32,000 nucleotides of DNA from Pasteurella multocida (GTDB lineage: Bacteria; Pseudomonadota; Gammaproteobacteria; Enterobacterales; Pasteurellaceae). The notes beneath the pieces were generated by a model. It was not told where the DNA came from. It searched no databases and saw only the letters and a list, made by a program, of their open reading frames with translations. This document shows, piece after piece, positions 22,069-31,888 of the stretch; position 1 is the stretch's first letter; every line of letters begins with the position of its first letter. The stretch covers positions 1,080,001-1,112,000 of the forward strand of contig NZ_LT906458.1 in the NCBI RefSeq assembly GCF_900187275.1, in the 5' to 3' direction. The translations under genes were made by a program, and so were the position numbers.

Positions 22069-23067
22069 TTATGACACTGCAAATTCTGTATAACTTGGCA
22101 TACCTTGCGCATTCAACGGCGTATGACATTTGACGCGATGTCCATTCACCAAACGGGTTTCTGGTTCTTGCTCACGACAACGATCTGTGGCGTATGGGCA
22201 ACGTGGATTTAATAAACAGCCTGTTGGGCGATCATATTTCCCCGGCACAACCCCCGGTAAAGATTGTAAACGTGATTTTCCTTCTGCAAATTCTGGTAAC
22301 GCACGTAATAGCGCTTGAGTATATGGATGGCGTGGACATTTAAAAATTTCCTCCGCTCGTCCTTCTTCAACCACTTGCCCTGCATACATCACAATAATGC
22401 GGTGGGCTGCTTCCGCGACTAAGGCAAGATCATGGGTGATCAGGATTAACGCCATATTTTCTTTACGCTGTAATTCCAGCAATAAATCAATAATCTGTGC
22501 TTGAATCGTCACGTCTAACGCAGTTGTCGGTTCATCTGCAATTAATAATTTCGGATTACAGGCAATCGCCATCGCAATCATCACACGTTGACTCATACCC
22601 CCCGATAATTGATGCGGATACACATCTAAACGCGAACGCGGATCAGGAATGCCCACTAAGGTTAATAATTCGATAGCACGTTCTTTACGCCATGCTTTAG
22701 CCCCACCTTGATGAACTTTGAGTGCTTCCATAATTTGATAACCCACCGTATAACTTGGGTTTAAACTGGTCATCGCATCTTGGAAAATCATGGACACATC
22801 GGCTCCCACAATTTTCTGCTTTTGTTTTTCAGTCAAGGCAAGTAAATCACTTTGATTAAACAGCAATTGTTCCGCTTGTACACGCCCTGGATAATCAATT
22901 AGGCCCATAATCGCGAGTGAGCTCACCGATTTTCCTGAACCTGATTCGCCAACAATACCTAATACTTCACCTTCATTGACCGTGTAACTGAGGCGATCCA
23001 CCGCTTTAAAAGGGGCATTTTCATCACCAAAATGCACCGAAAGATTTTCTACATTTAATAACGCCAT
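22069..23067 (-). CDS. dppD: Dipeptide ABC transporter ATP-binding protein DppD
   Basis: [24 protein letters not shown] closely matches the E. coli DppD N-terminus (17 of 24 residues identical). Also [24 protein letters not shown] and [21 protein letters not shown]. The ATG at 23067 is preceded by AAGGTGGG. Confidence 0.95.
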   Translation of the reverse strand: MALLNVENLSVHFGDENAPFKAVDRLSYTVNEGEVLGIVGESGSGKSVSSLAIMGLIDYPGRVQAEQLLFNQSDLLALTEKQKQKIVGADVSMIFQDAMTSLNPSYTVGYQIMEALKVHQGGAKAWRKERAIELLTLVGIPDPRSRLDVYPHQLSGGMSQRVMIAMAIACNPKLLIADEPTTALDVTIQAQIIDLLLELQRKENMALILITHDLALVAEAAHRIIVMYAGQVVEEGRAEEIFKCPRHPYTQALLRALPEFAEGKSRLQSLPGVVPGKYDRPTGCLLNPRCPYATDRCREQEPETRLVNGHRVKCHTPLNAQGMPSYTEFAVS

Positions 23068-23077
23068 GCTGCCCACC

Positions 23078-23971
23078 TTATTGTTTTAATTTTGGATCAA
23101 GTGCATCACGTAAACCATCACCCATCAAGTTAAACGCCAAGACAAGAGAAAGAATGGCTAAACCGGGAATGGTCACTAACCAGTGCGCCGTTTGCATAAA
23201 GCCTCGTGATTCCGCTAACATCGTACCCAATTCTGGTGTAGGTGGCTGCGCACCAATCCCCAAGAAACCTAACGCCGCCAGTTCAAGAATCGCGTTAGAA
23301 ATCCCCATGGTCATTTGTACAATTAAAGGGGCTAAACAGTTCGGTAAAATGACAATAAACATCAAACGAAAAACACCGGCACCCGCCACGCGAGAAGCAA
23401 TTACATAATCACGATTTTTCTCACTTAACACCGACGCACGGGTTAAACGCACATAACTTGGAATCGACACCACAGCAATCGCAATCGCGGCATTGGTTAA
23501 TGAGGGACCTAAAATGGTGACAACCCCAATGGTTAATAATAAGCTTGGAATTGCCAACATAATATCCACAAATCGCATGATGATAATATCGACTGTTCCA
23601 CCATAATAGCCGGCGAGTAAGCCTAAAATAACACCGAAAAAGCAGGACAATAACACAATGGTTAAGCCAATAAAGACCGACAGACGCGCGCCATAAATAA
23701 TACGCGATAAAATATCCCTACCGATATCATCTGTACCTAATAAATAGCGACTATCGCCACCATCAAGCCAAGCTGGAGGTAACAATAAGGCACTCCGATC
23801 TTGTGCAATCGGATCAAAAGGGGCAATCACCCCAGCGAAAACACAAACCAAGAAAACAATTGCAATAAAAGTAAGTCCAATGACCGCACCATGATTTTGT
23901 TTAAAATAAAACCAGAATTCTTGTAACGGGGTTTTTGGGGCGGGTGAACTAACCGTAGTCGTACTTGACAT
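23078..23971 (-). CDS. dppC: Dipeptide ABC transporter permease DppC
   Basis: [31 protein letters not shown] and the ending [14 protein letters not shown], as in E. coli DppC. Confidence 0.95.
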   Translation of the reverse strand: MSSTTTVSSPAPKTPLQEFWFYFKQNHGAVIGLTFIAIVFLVCVFAGVIAPFDPIAQDRSALLLPPAWLDGGDSRYLLGTDDIGRDILSRIIYGARLSVFIGLTIVLLSCFFGVILGLLAGYYGGTVDIIIMRFVDIMLAIPSLLLTIGVVTILGPSLTNAAIAIAVVSIPSYVRLTRASVLSEKNRDYVIASRVAGAGVFRLMFIVILPNCLAPLIVQMTMGISNAILELAALGFLGIGAQPPTPELGTMLAESRGFMQTAHWLVTIPGLAILSLVLAFNLMGDGLRDALDPKLKQ

Positions 23972-23993
23972 TTTTCACTCCAATCAAATCAAA

Positions 23994-24998
23994 TTAAGTA
24001 TGGCGAATACGTGGATTGACGATGCCATAAAATACATCAACTGTTAAATTGACAATAATAATTAAGGTGGCAATAATCAGCACCGAACCTTGTAAAACAG
24101 GATAATCACGCGAGTTAATCGCATCAATAATCCACTTACCGATCCCTGGCCATGAGAAAATATTCTCCGTTAATACCGCTCCGGATAACAGTTGTCCAAT
24201 AATCAAGCCAACCACGGTCACTACGGGAATCAACGCATTACGTAATGCGTGTACCACCACGATACGCGTGGTATTTAGCCCTTTCGCTTTTGCCGTCCGA
24301 ATATAATCTTCGCCTAACACTTCTAACATCGAGGAACGCGTCATACGTGTAATCACCGCGAGAGGAATCGTGCCAAGCACAATAGAGGGCAAAATGAGTG
24401 ATTTAATCGCAGCTAAGAAGGCCCCTGGTTCATCAGAATTCCAAGTATCAATCAGCATAAAACCGGTATCCGCTTCAATCCAATATTCAGCGGGTAAGCG
24501 TCCTGAAGCGGGTAAACCGAGCGGAGTGGAAAAATAAAGAATTAAAATCAATCCCCACCAGAAAATCGGCATCGAATACCCCGTCAGCGACAAAGATGTC
24601 ACCGTGTGTGAAATCCAAGACTCTTTTTTGACTGCCGCAATAACACCTAAAAATATCCCTAAAATTAAAGACCACAATAACGCAAAAAAAGCTAACTCAA
24701 CGGTTGCAGGGAAAAGAGTAAAAAACTCTTTTAAAACAGGTTCATTATTACGAAATGAGGTGCCTAAATCCCCCTGTAAGACCCCTTTAACATAGCTAAA
24801 GTATTGTTCCGGCAAAGGACGATCCAAGCCTAATTTTTGCATCATTTCGGCATGCACTTCTGGTGTTAAACCGCGTTCCCCCATACGAATTTCAATCGGA
24901 TCACCGGGGATCATATGCACTAAAGCAAAAGTAATTAAGGTTATTGCAATAAACGTTGGAATAACCATGAAAAGACGTTTAAGAATAAATTGAAACAT
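23994..24998 (-). CDS. dppB: Dipeptide ABC transporter permease DppB
   Basis: MFQFILKRLFMVIPTFIAITLITFALVHMIPGDP, TRSSMLEVLGEDYIRTAKAKGL and the ending NPRIRH. Collinear with E. coli DppB. Confidence 0.95.
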   Translation of the reverse strand: MFQFILKRLFMVIPTFIAITLITFALVHMIPGDPIEIRMGERGLTPEVHAEMMQKLGLDRPLPEQYFSYVKGVLQGDLGTSFRNNEPVLKEFFTLFPATVELAFFALLWSLILGIFLGVIAAVKKESWISHTVTSLSLTGYSMPIFWWGLILILYFSTPLGLPASGRLPAEYWIEADTGFMLIDTWNSDEPGAFLAAIKSLILPSIVLGTIPLAVITRMTRSSMLEVLGEDYIRTAKAKGLNTTRIVVVHALRNALIPVVTVVGLIIGQLLSGAVLTENIFSWPGIGKWIIDAINSRDYPVLQGSVLIIATLIIIVNLTVDVFYGIVNPRIRHT

Positions 24999-25106
24999 TG
25001 AAGACTCGCTGTATTTATAATTGTGAATCTATAGCTTTGAATCCCTTATTCCTCTTCACAAAGGAAAAGCATAAGCGGTCAAAAAGATAGCAAATAAGAT
25101 CTAAAG

Positions 25107-25142
25107 TAGGATAGCACAAGCCTTTCTGCTCGTCCTATCCTA
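25107..25142 (-). other. Intercistronic stem-loop in the dppA-dppB spacer
   Basis: TAGGATAG (25107-25114) pairs with CTATCCTA (25135-25142). It is nested inside an outer pair GCGGTCAA (25075-25082) / TTGACCGC (25165-25172). No clear U tract follows on the minus strand. Confidence 0.45.
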
Positions 25143-25167
25143 TTCTTAAGAAATGCGAAAAAACTTG

Positions 25168-25176
25168 ACCGCACTT
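25168..25176 (-). repeat. Uptake signal sequence core
   Basis: Exact ACCGCACTT just downstream of the dppA stop. Confidence 0.85.
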
Positions 25177-25185
25177 AAGGCGACA

Positions 25186-26784
25186 TTACTTCTCTAACTC
25201 AACCGCATAGAAGTTATGTAAACCAAATGGATCGATGACATAGCCTTTAACTTCTTTACGCACTGGGAAATAGGTTGTGGAGTGTGCAATCGTAATCCAA
25301 GGTGCTTGTTCTTTGAAGACCAACTGAGCTTGTTGATAAAGTGCAGTACGCTCTGCTGGATCAGTGACTTGGGCAGCTTTTGTCACTAAATCGTTAAATT
25401 CTTTGTGACAGAAATTCGCATAGTTAGACCCTGACTCAACAGCCGCACAACTTAATAAGGTATTCAAGAAGTTATCTGGATCACCATTGTCACCCGTCCA
25501 CCCCATCATACCAGTTTGGTGATCGCCGGCACGCATACGTTTGAGGTATTCTCCCCATTCATAGCTCACAATTTTTGCTTTCACACCGACTTTTTCCCAG
25601 TCAGCTTGCACCAATTCCGCCATACGACGGGCATTTGGGTTATAGGGACGTGAAACAGGCATTGCCCATAAATCCGTTTCAAAGCCATTTTCAAACCCGG
25701 CTTCTTTTAATAAGGCTTTAGCTTTTTCTGGATCATAGGCGTAATCTTTCACTTCATCATTATATGACCACATTGTTGGTGGAATTGGGTTTTTCGCTAC
25801 TTGACCCGCACCTTGATACACTGATTCAATGATCGCGTCTTTGTTGACTGCATAGTTCAATGCTTGGCGCACTTTCACATTATCAAACGGGGCTTTTTGT
25901 ACATTAAAGTTTAAATAACCCACATTTAATCCCGGTTTAGTTAACAAAGTGATATTGCTATCTGCTTTTAATTTAGCAATATCCGCTGGATTTGGATAAG
26001 GCGCTGCATGGCATTCACCCTTTTGTAATTTGGCATAACGCACTGAAGCATCTGGCGTGATCGAAAACACTAAGCGATCAATTTTTGCTTTGCCTTGCCA
26101 ATAGTTTTCAAAGGCTTTATAGCGTACAGCAGAGTCTTTTTGGTAAGAAACAAATTCAAATGGTCCCGTACCAATTGGTGCACTATCCAATTTTTCTGGT
26201 GTTTTGGCTTTTGCCATGGCATCGGCATACTGTGCTGAATAAATCGAAGCAAAATCCATCGCTAAGTTCGCTAAAAATGGCGCATTTGGCACTTTTAAGC
26301 TGATTTTGACGGTATAGTCATCGACTTTTTCAACCTTATCAATGATATTTTGCATATCCATACCGATAAAATATTCATAGCTACCACCTGACACTTTGTG
26401 ATAAGGATGATTTGGGTCTAATTGACGATTGAAAGAGAACACCACATCATCGGCATTAAAATCACGTGTTGGTTTAAAATCTTTATTGCTATGGAATTTC
26501 ACGCCTTTACGTAAATGGAAGACATAGGTTTTCCCATCTTCAGATACATCCCATTTTTCAGCTAAGGCAGGAATGACATTCGTGGTACCACGTTCAAACG
26601 TAGTTAGCCCATTAAACATTGCTTGACCTGAGGCATCAATAGTTGCCCCATCGGTGCCTAACACAGGGCTTAAATAAGACGGGGAGGCTTCCGAACAATA
26701 CACAAAGGTTTTCGGTGCAGCCGCAAACGCAGCTGTGGACGTCATCGCTAAAACGGCAAGAGAGAGTTTTGTTAATTTTTTCAT
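25186..26784 (-). CDS. dppA: Periplasmic dipeptide-binding protein DppA (family 5 SBP; related to the Haemophilus heme-binding protein HbpA)
   Basis: Sec signal peptide MKKLTKLSLAVLAMTSTAAFA. Long collinear identity to E. coli DppA (LAEKWDVSEDGKTYVFHLRKGVKFH, FNADDVVFSF, PYHKVSGGSYEYF, VFSITPDASVRYAKLQKGEC, GWTGDNGDPDNF). GGAG sits 6 nt upstream of the ATG. Confidence 0.95.
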   Translation of the reverse strand: MKKLTKLSLAVLAMTSTAAFAAAPKTFVYCSEASPSYLSPVLGTDGATIDASGQAMFNGLTTFERGTTNVIPALAEKWDVSEDGKTYVFHLRKGVKFHSNKDFKPTRDFNADDVVFSFNRQLDPNHPYHKVSGGSYEYFIGMDMQNIIDKVEKVDDYTVKISLKVPNAPFLANLAMDFASIYSAQYADAMAKAKTPEKLDSAPIGTGPFEFVSYQKDSAVRYKAFENYWQGKAKIDRLVFSITPDASVRYAKLQKGECHAAPYPNPADIAKLKADSNITLLTKPGLNVGYLNFNVQKAPFDNVKVRQALNYAVNKDAIIESVYQGAGQVAKNPIPPTMWSYNDEVKDYAYDPEKAKALLKEAGFENGFETDLWAMPVSRPYNPNARRMAELVQADWEKVGVKAKIVSYEWGEYLKRMRAGDHQTGMMGWTGDNGDPDNFLNTLLSCAAVESGSNYANFCHKEFNDLVTKAAQVTDPAERTALYQQAQLVFKEQAPWITIAHSTTYFPVRKEVKGYVIDPFGLHNFYAVELEK

Positions 26785-26797
26785 TTTTCACTCCGGG

Positions 26798-26812
26798 ATG
26801 TTGTTAGTTGAG
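26798..26812 (-). promoter_or_regulatory. CA-rich element in the dppA 5' UTR (candidate GcvB sRNA target site)
   Basis: The minus strand reads CUCAACUAACAACAU immediately 5' of the GGAG SD. It resembles the CA-rich sites bound by the GU-rich GcvB seed on enterobacterial dppA. Confidence 0.35.
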
Positions 26813-27026
26813 TGCAAAACATGCACCTTTTGTTTGCATAAGCACCTATGAATATGTCAAGTTTTAAATAAAATAGCAATCCTTTATGTGAATAAAATGT
26901 AAAATAAATCACCAAATTGTTAAATTATTCTAAAAAAATAGCCATATTTTTGGATAAAACTGCGTATTTATCACTAAATATGGCACATAACTTCGCGATG
27001 ATTTTCTACTCTCTGCTTTGAGTACA

Positions 27027-27105
27027 GGATGATTCTCTCTTTTTCGCAAATTTCACAGCATACTATACGAAATCATCCGTTTTTTTGTGTTGTATCTGCT
27101 TTTTT
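27027..27105 (+). terminator. Orphan + strand terminator-like element (hairpin plus two T runs) with no + strand gene upstream
   Basis: GGATGATT (27027-27034) pairs with AATCATCC (27071-27078) across a 36-nt loop. This is followed by G-T7 (27080-27086), GTGTTGTATCTGC and T6 (27100-27105). Confidence 0.3.
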
Positions 27106-27126
27106 ACTATTGACGAGTTCAGTTGG

Positions 27127-28017
<891 letters not shown>

Positions 28018-28041
28018 TTACCTCATATACAAAACTGATTT

Positions 28042-28057
28042 AGATGTCTATATGGCT
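28042..28057 (-). promoter_or_regulatory. Candidate MetJ operator (two tandem met boxes)
   Basis: The minus strand reads AGCCATAT-AGACATCT, matching the AGACGTCT consensus at 5/8 and 7/8. It lies directly downstream of the predicted metF -10. Confidence 0.4.
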
Positions 28058-28086
28058 AAAGTAATGAGAAACGGTATATGTGTCAA
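28058..28086 (-). promoter_or_regulatory. Candidate metF sigma-70 promoter
   Basis: On the minus strand: TTGACA (28086-28081), 17-nt spacer, TACTTT (28063-28058). Confidence 0.5.
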
Positions 28087-28143
28087 TTTCAAAAATTTCA
28101 TTACAAAAATGAATTCAATTCATAATCAAAATAACCATGCGAT

Positions 28144-28172
28144 TTGTAGTTAGCCTATGAATTCGCTATACT
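28144..28172 (+). promoter_or_regulatory. Candidate promoter of the large hypothetical gene
   Basis: TTGTAG (28144-28149), 17-nt spacer, TATACT (28167-28172). This lies inside the 5' extension of the track ORF and so supports the downstream start at 28217. Confidence 0.4.
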
Positions 28173-28216
28173 GCCGAGTTATGATCGCCAAGTTCACTGA
28201 CTCACATGGGAAGAAT

Positions 28217-30343
28217 ATGAAGAGAAAAGCTAAAATCACACTGATTTTATCCAGTATTACACTTATCTTAGCGAGCGCTGCACAATTTTATACCAATCAT
28301 AAAATTGACCGCAGTTTACAAAGTTTCCCCTATCATCTAAAAGATCAGCTTACTTTACATGTAACTGAAAAAAGTCGCAGTTTCTTTCAGCGCGAATTAC
28401 TCTTTACTCTTGAAGACGCCCAACAACAAAAAAACGATATTATTTCCACTCAGTTGACCGCACTTCCTTTTACGATTATTGCAGAATCCCAACTCCCCGA
28501 TCCGTTGATTCGTGAGCTCAATAAAAAACTGAATATCACTATCGATAAAAATAGCATTAATAGTAAATTTTCTGTGGTCGGAGATTATTTACAATCGGAT
28601 ATTTCCACCCAATTTAGGGATCTCGCCAATAAGCCACAAGATTTACAAATCAATATTAATTTTGCGACCAAGAGCAAATTCATGGAAATCCAAAGCCAGC
28701 TGTCTGGCTTTAACTACGATGCCAAAACTAAAATCGAAGGATTACGTAGCCAATCCGTGCTGATTCCAGTTGGTGATCACCATTACGATTTAGCCGAATT
28801 AGATCTAGAAATTAAACATGCCGATATTTATTTATTAAATGGCGAAAACACACATATCAAATTAGAGAAAGCGCGCTATAACTTAAATAAGGCGATTGAT
28901 GAATCGTTTTATGACTTAGCCACACGTTTTAAAAGTGAAGTCATAAAAATTTCGAATAAAAACAAAACGACAGAAAAAGATGCGCTAGACATACTAGGCT
29001 TAGACATAAGTAACAAGCAAAGCAAAGTACCTAATCAAGTAAGTTTCTATAAAACCTTTGAAAATTTAGTCGAAGAAAATAAAGCTTTACCAGATGCGTT
29101 GTATTTACTCACGGAGCTCTTCTTTAGTAATGAGGCGAACGAAACTAAAATCAACATCAAAGCTTTATCTTTCCCCAATAATGCCAGTCTGAACCAATTT
29201 TTTAACGCTAATGATATCAACCTGGCTTTCGCTTCTGACAACAAAGACAAACAAAATATCAACACACAATTTGAAGTTAACATTGGACAAATCGCGCTCG
29301 ACGGTGCACCTAAAGACCAGTTTAGTATGAAAGGGCTCGCCTTATCACAAAAAACCAGTCAAATGAATTTGACAGAACAGCTCAATTTACTGCATTTTTA
29401 TACGGATCTCTTAAACGATCTCTCAACCCGTGTTCCTTTCCCAGAAAAAGATCAGCCCGACTTCGTGGCTAAACTTAAGCAAAGAGCACAACCCTTTAAG
29501 GAACAACGTGAATTTCGTTTACAAGTTGAGGCACTGAATTACGCGAATCCAACATTTAATGTCGATGTAGCATTAGAACATCTGGATCTCAATCATCAGG
29601 AAAATCAACAGGCAAATTATGGTTACCATTCAGCACTCACCATCAAAAAACTGATCCATAAACCGCTTGCTTTACAAATTAATGACTTTACCTACCAGAT
29701 TCCATTGCATTTAAATAAACGGGTCAACCCTTCTCCATTTGACATATGCTATAACCAAACTTACCGACTCTTGTGTCCAATGTATCTTTCTAAAAAAACC
29801 TACCAAACATGGCAGGAAAGTTTTGCGAAAGAAACTAATCCAAGTATCACTGATGCGGAATTCCGTTTTGCTTTAGATACCTTCCCTAGCACACAAGCTT
29901 ATCCGGTTAGTGTCAAACTAGCATTTGACTTCAATCCGGAGAAAACTAAAGCGTTTTCTTTCGACACCTTAGAAACTATCATGCATTGGGAAAACATGAA
30001 TATTGATCTCCAATTAGCGTTAGCGAAAGGTCTAGTGAATAATGAAAAACACGCCTCTTTACCACAAAAACAAGAAGTTTGGCAGACACTATCGCAATGG
30101 GTTAAACCACAAGATCAATTAGCCCCTTACTTTCTTGAAAATGAAGAAAACTATCTACTTCATTATGTGCAAAAAAATGGAAAAAGAACCATTAATGCTC
30201 AGCCTTTTGAAGAGGTCATGGCAAAATTAGATCAACAACATGAGGTGCAAGCTGACGAAAGTCAATCTCAGGGAGAACAACCTGAAATTCCAGCCTTGAA
30301 TGATTCTCCCCCTGATGCACGAGATGAGGCGAAAGCCCCATAA
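28217..30343 (+). CDS. Large N-terminally anchored or secreted protein of unknown function, possibly YdgA/DUF945-like
   Basis: 708 aa from the ATG at 28217 (GGGAAG upstream). The hydrophobic N-terminus is MKRKAKITLILSSITLILASAAQ. The N-terminal FYTNHKIDRSLQ and the C-terminal LHYVQKNGKRTINAQPFEEV resemble E. coli YdgA WYTGKKIETHLE and LQYANGQITLNGQKMSLEDFV. The body is N/K/Q-rich and the last ~45 aa form an acidic, Pro-rich tail. The CDS call is confident; the family call is weak. Confidence 0.85.
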   Translation: MKRKAKITLILSSITLILASAAQFYTNHKIDRSLQSFPYHLKDQLTLHVTEKSRSFFQRELLFTLEDAQQQKNDIISTQLTALPFTIIAESQLPDPLIRELNKKLNITIDKNSINSKFSVVGDYLQSDISTQFRDLANKPQDLQININFATKSKFMEIQSQLSGFNYDAKTKIEGLRSQSVLIPVGDHHYDLAELDLEIKHADIYLLNGENTHIKLEKARYNLNKAIDESFYDLATRFKSEVIKISNKNKTTEKDALDILGLDISNKQSKVPNQVSFYKTFENLVEENKALPDALYLLTELFFSNEANETKINIKALSFPNNASLNQFFNANDINLAFASDNKDKQNINTQFEVNIGQIALDGAPKDQFSMKGLALSQKTSQMNLTEQLNLLHFYTDLLNDLSTRVPFPEKDQPDFVAKLKQRAQPFKEQREFRLQVEALNYANPTFNVDVALEHLDLNHQENQQANYGYHSALTIKKLIHKPLALQINDFTYQIPLHLNKRVNPSPFDICYNQTYRLLCPMYLSKKTYQTWQESFAKETNPSITDAEFRFALDTFPSTQAYPVSVKLAFDFNPEKTKAFSFDTLETIMHWENMNIDLQLALAKGLVNNEKHASLPQKQEVWQTLSQWVKPQDQLAPYFLENEENYLLHYVQKNGKRTINAQPFEEVMAKLDQQHEVQADESQSQGEQPEIPALNDSPPDARDEAKAP
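28457..28465 (-). repeat. Uptake signal sequence core
   Basis: Exact ACCGCACTT inside the large hypothetical gene. Confidence 0.85.
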
Positions 30344-30349
30344 TACAGC

Positions 30350-30395
30350 GCAAAGTGCGGTCGAGAAAATGTAAAAAAACGACCGCACTTTTTAC
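30350..30395. terminator. Terminator formed by an inverted USS pair after the large hypothetical gene
   Basis: AAAGTGCGGTCG...CGACCGCACTTTTT. USS cores are at 30353-30361 (+) and 30382-30390 (-), and the stem extends to GTGCGGTCG/CGACCGCAC. Confidence 0.85.
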
Positions 30396-30411
30396 TTCAG
30401 CCCCTTTTTCC

Positions 30412-30439
30412 TTTACAAAATCACAAATCCCCCTACAAT
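30412..30439 (+). promoter_or_regulatory. Candidate trhP/yegQ promoter
   Basis: TTTACA (30412-30417), 16-nt spacer, TACAAT (30434-30439). This leaves a leader of about 60 nt containing small hairpins (CTCAC-CTTAA-GTGAG). Confidence 0.45.
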
Positions 30440-30503
30440 ATTCCCCTTTGAATTGCTCACCTTAAGTGAGTAACTGACTTGTAATCAGACTAACGGATAA
30501 TTT

Positions 30504-31874
30504 ATGACAACTTTCACTCCAGAACTGCTCTCTCCAGCCGGTTCACTCAAAAACATGCGCTATGCCTTTGCTTATGGTGCTGATGCGGTGTATGCCGGAC
30601 AACCACGTTATAGCTTGCGTGTACGCAACAATGAATTTAATCATGCTAATTTAAAAATCGGGATTGATGAAGCCCACGCCTTAGGCAAAAAATTCTATGT
30701 CGTGGTCAATATTGCGCCACATAACTCCAAGCTGAAAACCTTTATTCGCGATTTAGAGCCAGTCATTGCCATGGGGCCAGATGCGTTAATTATGTCCGAT
30801 CCAGGCTTAATTATGTTAGTGCGTGAACATTTCCCAGATATGGCGATTCACCTTTCGGTACAAGCCAATGCGGTCAACTGGGCTTCGGTAAAATTCTGGA
30901 AACAAATGGGCTTAACCCGCGTGATCTTATCCCGTGAGCTTTCGCTTGATGAAATTGCCGAAATTCGTCAGCAAGTGCCAGAAATGGAAATTGAAGTGTT
31001 CGTGCATGGGGCATTATGCATGGCGTATTCTGGACGTTGTTTATTATCAGGCTATATTAATAAACGTGATCCAAATCAAGGCACCTGTACCAATGCGTGC
31101 CGTTGGGAATACAGTGTAACCGAAGCCAAAGAAGATGAGATCGGCAACATTGTGAATGTGGGTGAAGAAATTCCAGTGAAAAATGTAGCACCGACACTTG
31201 GCGAAGGCGACACCACCAGTAAAGTATTTTTATTAGCAGAAAGTCAACGCCCTGAAGAACAAATGTCTGCCTTTGAAGATGAGCATGGTACTTACATCAT
31301 GAACTCGAAAGATCTACGAGCGGTACAACATGTGGAAAAACTCACCGCTCTTGGCGTACATTCGTTAAAAATCGAAGGGCGTACCAAATCCTTCTATTAT
31401 TGTGCGAGAACCGCACAAGTTTACCGTAAAGCAATTGATGATGCGGTAGCAGGCAAACCGTTTGATGAAAGTTTGATGGATACCTTAGAATCTCTTGCAC
31501 ACCGTGGTTATACCGAAGGGTTCTTACGTCGTCATACTCACGATGAATACCAAAACTACGATTACGGCTACTCTATTTCTGAACGTCAACAATTTGTCGG
31601 TGAATTCACGGGTAAACGTAATGAGCAAGGCATGGCAGAAGTGGCAGTCAAAAATAAATTCTTACTCGGTGATGAAGTGGAAATGATGACCCCGAAAGGG
31701 AACATTGTGTTCAAGATTGAACGGATGCTCAACCGTAAAAATGAAAATGTGGAAGCCGGTTTAGGCGATGGACATTTTGTATTTTTAGACGTGCCAGAAG
31801 ATGTCCAATTAGACTACGCGCTACTAATGCGTAATTTGGTGAATACTAACACACGTCAACCACACAAAGTTTAG
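30504..31874 (+). CDS. trhP: Peptidase U32 family protein YegQ/TrhP (tRNA 5-hydroxyuridine formation)
   Basis: 456 aa. PELLSPAGSLKNMRYAFAYGADAVYAG, HGALCMAYSGRCLLSGY and the Cys cluster GTCTNACRWEY are typical of E. coli YegQ-type U32 proteins. Confidence 0.88.
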   Translation: MTTFTPELLSPAGSLKNMRYAFAYGADAVYAGQPRYSLRVRNNEFNHANLKIGIDEAHALGKKFYVVVNIAPHNSKLKTFIRDLEPVIAMGPDALIMSDPGLIMLVREHFPDMAIHLSVQANAVNWASVKFWKQMGLTRVILSRELSLDEIAEIRQQVPEMEIEVFVHGALCMAYSGRCLLSGYINKRDPNQGTCTNACRWEYSVTEAKEDEIGNIVNVGEEIPVKNVAPTLGEGDTTSKVFLLAESQRPEEQMSAFEDEHGTYIMNSKDLRAVQHVEKLTALGVHSLKIEGRTKSFYYCARTAQVYRKAIDDAVAGKPFDESLMDTLESLAHRGYTEGFLRRHTHDEYQNYDYGYSISERQQFVGEFTGKRNEQGMAEVAVKNKFLLGDEVEMMTPKGNIVFKIERMLNRKNENVEAGLGDGHFVFLDVPEDVQLDYALLMRNLVNTNTRQPHKV

Positions 31875-31888
31875 TCTTTTCTACATAG

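Noticed and set aside
21072-26784. Whether the five-gene ABC operon is opp or sap rather than dpp, or whether the binding protein is HbpA.
   Set aside because: Every component aligns collinearly with E. coli DppA-F, with long stretches of identity. The binding protein has a Sec (not lipoprotein) signal and is closer to DppA than to my recollection of H. influenzae lipoprotein HbpA. Heme or other peptide substrates cannot be excluded from sequence alone.
27080-27105. The GU-rich stretch TTTTTTGTGTTGTATCTGCTTTTTT as the GcvB sRNA gene itself.
   Set aside because: GcvB is normally divergent from gcvA, which is not in this window. The stretch is much shorter than the GcvB R1/R2 regions. I retain it only as part of a speculative orphan sRNA finding.
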